Shown: piece by piece, positions 9,761-13,864 of the stretch
Numbering within the stretch: position 1 is the stretch's first letter
How the letters are laid out: every line of letters begins with the position of its first letter
Origin: Octopus sinensis
Lineage: Eukaryota
Length of the DNA: 13,864 bases
Direction: 5' to 3'
Assembly (NCBI RefSeq): GCF_006345805.1
Contig: NW_021826059.1
Coordinates: 1 to 13,864 of the forward strand
Made by a program: the position numbers and the translations under genes
Notes under the pieces: generated by a model
The model's database searches: none
What the model saw: the letters and a program-made list of their open reading frames with translations, nothing else
Told to the model about the DNA's origin: nothing

Positions 9761-9904
9761 TGCAGGTGGGTTGGTTATACAAGGAAAAGCTGTATCTAGG
9801 TTCGTCTGCTGAAGTAGGCGTTGTTGTGACGTCACAAGAACACCGTTTTCTATGTTTCTCTATCTATTTATGGATCTGTTAAACTAATTACCTACAAAAC
9901 TTAT

Positions 9905-9929
9905 ATATCTTTATATCTATATATGTATA

Positions 9930-10023
<94 letters not shown>

Positions 10024-10200
10024 TATATATGTAACTGTATGTATGCATGTATTTACATAAACTCACACATTCATACATACATACATACACCACGCACACA
10101 CAATATATATATAAAGATTAATAGACTGAAAATTATATATATATAGGCATATATATATATATGTATATATAGGCATATATACTATATATATATTATATAT

Positions 10201-10241
<41 letters not shown>

Positions 10242-10263
10242 GTATATGTTATATATATATATG

Positions 10264-10295
<32 letters not shown>
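9905..10295. repeat. (TA)n-rich tract, left flank of the ribozyme array
   Basis: Directly visible. Confidence 0.92.
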
Positions 10296-10444
10296 GTGAC
10301 GTATTTTTGCCATTTCATATGGCTAACCCCTAAGGGTGGATGCTACTGTAGTTTTTAGCCCCAGGAGGAACACACTCCTCCAGCTGGCCATAGACACACT
10401 ATCTGTGTCTGTCAGTATTTGCAAAGGGAAGTCCCTTCCGTCTT

Positions 10445-10515
10445 CAATTATGATACACACGGACTCGAGTTTCGAGGTATTGACCTCTCGTCAGCGTGTG
10501 TGACAATCATAGTTG
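10445..10515 (-). ncRNA. Type I hammerhead ribozyme, intact core; predicted cleavage GUC^ between 10462 and 10461
   Basis: Minus strand 10501-10455: ACACACG CUGACGA GAGG UCAAUA CCUC GAAAC UCGA GUC CGUGUGU. All conserved core bases are present. Helix I is 7 bp, helix II is 4 bp, and helix III is 2 bp inside the palindrome ACUCGAGU. A distal helix I (9/10 bp) follows a 4-nt bulge. Confidence 0.9.
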
Positions 10516-10800
10516 TCGCCGAGAATTAGATTTCCTTCACAAATACTTATACTTTTTCCAGCGCCCACTGTCGCTTGATATTGAAAAAGTGAATCAAACA
10601 ATGATAAATATCAAAGTGAGTTATATACAGTAGCTGGGTAACACATCGTGACGTATTTTTGCCATTTCAATATGGCTAACCCCTAAGGGTGGATGCTACT
10701 GTAGTTTTTAGCCCCAGGAGGACACACTCCTCCAGCTGGCCATAGACACACTATCTGTGTCCTGTCAGTATTTGCAAAGGGAAGTCATCCTTCCCGTCTT

Positions 10801-10872
10801 CAACTTATGATACACACGGACTCGAGTTTCGAGGTATGACCTCTCGTCGTGTGTGTGTGACAATCATAGTTG
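10801..10872 (-). ncRNA. Second hammerhead copy with disrupted CUGA core as assembled
   Basis: Minus strand: ACACACACAC GACGA GAGG UCAUA CCUC GAAAC UCGA GUC CGUGUGU. The GCU before GACGA is replaced by ACAC. Helix II, GAAA, the palindrome and GUC are retained. Confidence 0.7.
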
Positions 10873-11080
10873 TCGCCGAGCCGAGAATAGATTTCCTTCA
10901 CAAATACTTATACTTTTTCCAGCGCCCACTGTCGCTGATATCGAAAAAGTGAAATCAAACAATGATAAATATCAAAGTGAGTTATATACAGTGCGTAGCG
11001 GTAACACATCGTGACGTATTTTTGCCATTCAATATGGCTAACCCCTAAGGGTGGATGCTAAACCCTAAGGGTGGATGCTA

Positions 11081-11309
<229 letters not shown>

Positions 11310-11329
11310 GTCTATCGTCTTCCCGTTAC

Positions 11330-11522
11330 GATGATGAAAACGGTGATGATGATGACGAGGATGATGATGATGATGAGGATGATGATGAGGATGATGATGA
11401 TGATGACGAACATCATCATCATCATGACGACGACGAGGAAGAGCACCAGGAGTAGGAAGAGGAAAATGACGATGAGGACGATTATGGTGACGATGGCGAT
11501 GCTGAGGACTACAAAGACGACT
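11330..11522. repeat. Degenerate (GAT/GAC/GAG)n with embedded (CAT)5
   Basis: Directly visible. Confidence 0.88.
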
Positions 11523-11647
11523 GACTAAAGTGATTTACAACGACGATGGCGGCTTTCAGATGAAAGTGTACGGAAATATAGAGTTTCTGTCACATACCTA
11601 CCAATTGAACAAATATTACGTGTTATGTGTTCTCATTGGCATATGCG

Positions 11648-11766
11648 ACCGTGCGTGCATGCCTGCATGTGTGTATGCGAGTGTATGCATGTGTGTGTGT
11701 GCGTGTGTGTGTGTATGTGTGTGCATGTGTGTGTGCGTGTGTGTGCGCGTTTGTGTGTGTGTGTGC
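11648..11766. repeat. (TG)n/(TGCA/TGCG) microsatellite
   Basis: Directly visible. Confidence 0.92.
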
Positions 11767-11824
11767 GATTATAAATGCTCTTGAGAGGTGAAATTATAGC
11801 CCAATACTATCTATTTGTTATAAG

Positions 11825-11963
11825 TTATTTCTACTTTCATTCTCTTATTTCCCTCTATTTTTCCTATCTTCTCGTTTCCCATAATAATTTCTTATTTCGA
11901 ACTCAAACATTTACCTCTCTCACATCATCTCTGATGAAGGGGTATCCAAACAAATATCCGAAA
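11825..11963 (+). mobile_element. Possible Penelope-like element terminal segment ending in a truncated hammerhead-like core
   Basis: A pyrimidine-rich stretch is followed by CTGATGA-AG-GGGTAT-(8 nt)-ATATCC-GAAA at 11931-11963. There is no helix I partner downstream. Confidence 0.4.
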
Positions 11964-12694
11964 TACTTAATTTTGCCTCCATATCAATACACGGGAAATA
12001 TTTCATCCGCTTTTTTGATTAAATAAAGAAAATATTTTTATCAAGAATTATAAACCACAACTGAATTCCCTATAGCAATACACCAGAGTAATAAAATTCA
12101 ATTTATTCACGAAAAACGAGAAAAAACAGGCATAAATGAAAAGCTCTAGTAACCTTCTGTCTCTGGGATCTGAAATCTTAACTCTAGACTGTAGTATGAT
12201 TACACTTTGCACCTTATCACCTTTGGTTCAAAAGACAGACGAAATTCCGTGTGAAAGGACGGCTGGATTGTAAAAAAATTAATTCAAATGCCTATGAATT
12301 GTGAGCGTGGGCGTTACCTTTTCAACTACATAACAATTAGAATTTAAAATACAACAACAAAATTATAACGGACAAAATAATTAAGTAAATAGAATCTACA
12401 ACTAGCGAAATATATTTCTATATATGTCAAATAATATTAAACCAAATTCGTTTAAGTCGAAGACAATCTTTGGCTATTATAATAACATACAACAACAATA
12501 TATAGGGATAGAAGTCCCTATATATTGTTGTAGGGTCTTACTCAATCTAGAATCTGTAATAAAACGTGTAAATAAATATAAATGATAATATACTATTATA
12601 CTGGTGTAGCGGTAGTTAGATAGTTGAATGATCTCCCTTGCAAGAAAGATTATACAGTAACCTCCCTTCCATAAGTTTCTCGAAGCATCTGTGT

Positions 12695-12967
12695 CACAGA
12701 CTGAATATCAAGGATCTCCATTCAGGCCCTTTTCTCTGCCGTTCTTACATATACACCATAGTTCTTTAGGTCCAATCGTTGATGTTATCAAACCCGTTGA
12801 TTCTGGGTATTCACCTCAAAAGCTTACCATTTATCTTTCATCTAGTAATAGTTTTTGCATTTCTGGCCCTTTCCTATGTTAACAAAGTACTTAGCTTTCT
12901 TTTTTCTTTCTGCTAGCACTTCTTCATTAGTTTCATGTTTCGTCTAAGATATTCTTAACACTTTTCT
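12695..12967 (-). mobile_element. RTE-clade LINE 3' coding relic
   Basis: The minus strand reads RKVLRIS*TKHETNEEVL (cf. RRMLRISWTxHxTNEEVL). Frameshifted segments RKL.YF..I, EMQKLLL, FDNINDWT and EWRSLIFSL follow, in the order of RTE ORF C-termini. Confidence 0.78.
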
Positions 12968-13049
12968 AGTTTGTCAGATAAAGTTCTTGTTTATATCTAT
13001 GTATCTGCACCATATAAATAAATATAAATAAATTCAAAAATGCCATTTC

Positions 13050-13682
13050 TGGAAATACCGTTCGCTATATGGCTTTTTTCTTTGGACGAATGCCGTATAG
13101 AATTTTAAATAATGGCCTGGTGGATATTTGTTGTTCTTTATATCTGCTACATTTAGAATATGGCTTTCCTGAGGTTTCAACCATTTTAGAGACATTACAA
13201 AATCCCATAACAACAATATGTCTTGCCTTTTCAACTAGCATTTTATTTGATTCGCAGATTCAAGCGCAAGCATTTGGAATTGATAAGTTTTGATGCTAAA
13301 GAAATTTACGGTAATTTCATCACAAAAATGTATCTTCAGGAACTCAATTTCATAAATCGAATTAATGCTAATAAATTTTCACTATATCTTCGGGTAGATG
13401 ACATTTATTGCGTTGTTACTGTAAAAACCATTTTTCTGAATAATTCAACAGTAATTTTTCATGAAGTACTGCGTCAATTTCAAGTAAATATTTAAGATTT
13501 CTATATTTGTTTTACAAAGCAGATATTTTTATTCCTGCAACTGTTTGCAGAGCTTAGAATTCCTAGAGGTGTTGAACTCTTCCAATATTATTAAAGGAAG
13601 GTTGGAATCAATCATCCATTAATCAGGAAATTTTCCAAACTGTTCTTTGAAAAACATCATTGAAAGAATTTATAAAGTATGA
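13050..13682 (+). mobile_element. Highly decayed Penelope-like reverse transcriptase relic
   Basis: The motifs fall in the expected order across frames: SLYG; LISFDAKEIYGN (cf. LVSFDVxSLYTN, 13280-13315); YLRVDDIY (cf. YxRYVDDIF, 13385-13408); LEFLEVL (cf. LPFLDV, 13554-13574); KNIIERIYKV*. The spacing from motif A to YVDD is too short, implying an internal deletion. Confidence 0.5.
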
Positions 13683-13864
13683 AGGGACTAGTTACTCCAA
13701 GATCACTTCCAATGCAGAAAAAATACCTGAGATATTTTTCGTTAAACATATATTAAGAAAAATATGGCGATGAATATCGCTTCCCTTTATAGTCAATATT
13801 TATGATTAATCTTCTTTCACAGTTTCATTTTCCAGCAGCTGCTGAAAAAAAAAAAGCCTTCTCC

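Larger units (their letters stand above)
10296..11080 (-). mobile_element. Tandem array of a ~352-363-bp hammerhead-containing unit (retrozyme-like or Penelope pseudo-LTR-like element)
   Basis: Units start with GTGACGTATTTTTGCCATT at 10296, 10648 and 11011. The third unit is partial (11011-11060) and is followed by a 20-bp duplication (11061-11080). Each full unit carries a hammerhead motif on the minus strand. Confidence 0.85.

Noticed and set aside
10296-11010. Divergence between units 1 and 2 as evidence of array age
   Set aside because: The differences are dominated by 1-5 bp indels, a pattern typical of unpolished long-read consensus, so they cannot be used for dating.
10296-11080. CRISPR array or ordinary satellite interpretation of the tandem repeat
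   Set aside because: There are no unique spacers, the unit is ~355 bp and the context is eukaryotic. The hammerhead motif explains it better.
11311-11451. Possible 141-bp acidic exon (TTTTCAG acceptor at 11310, D/E-rich frame, GT at 11452)
   Set aside because: The frame is just the (GAT)n repeat, the donor GGA|GTAGGA is weak, the polypyrimidine tract is minimal and no partner exons are visible. RNA-seq would be needed.
13833-13844. Palindrome CAGCAGCTGCTG
   Set aside because: It is 12 bp, built from CAG units and at the window edge, so it is expected by chance.

Overview
This is eukaryotic, AT-rich, intergenic or intronic DNA with no supportable host gene. It is probably octopus or another coleoid cephalopod; that is an inference from the SINE and Helitron sequences as I recall them and from the extreme microsatellite density. 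Nearly all ORFs in the track are microsatellite artefacts. The rest are decayed transposon fragments: R4/Dong-like, Tx1/L1-like, REL-endonuclease, CR1, RTE and Penelope-like retroelements, a Tc1/mariner end, two tRNA-SINE families and Helitron ends. The main finding is a ~355-bp tandem repeat (10296-11080, about 2.1 units) embedded in (TA)n. Each full unit carries a minus-strand type I hammerhead ribozyme motif: copy 1 has an intact catalytic core and copy 2 a damaged one. The motif has a palindromic minimal helix III and a bulged, extended helix I, which is the architecture of retrozyme/Penelope-associated, circRNA-producing elements. Other oddities are a Helitron with two outward-facing 3' ends, three perfect fold-back hairpins (two at element junctions), and a second, truncated hammerhead-like core at 11931.
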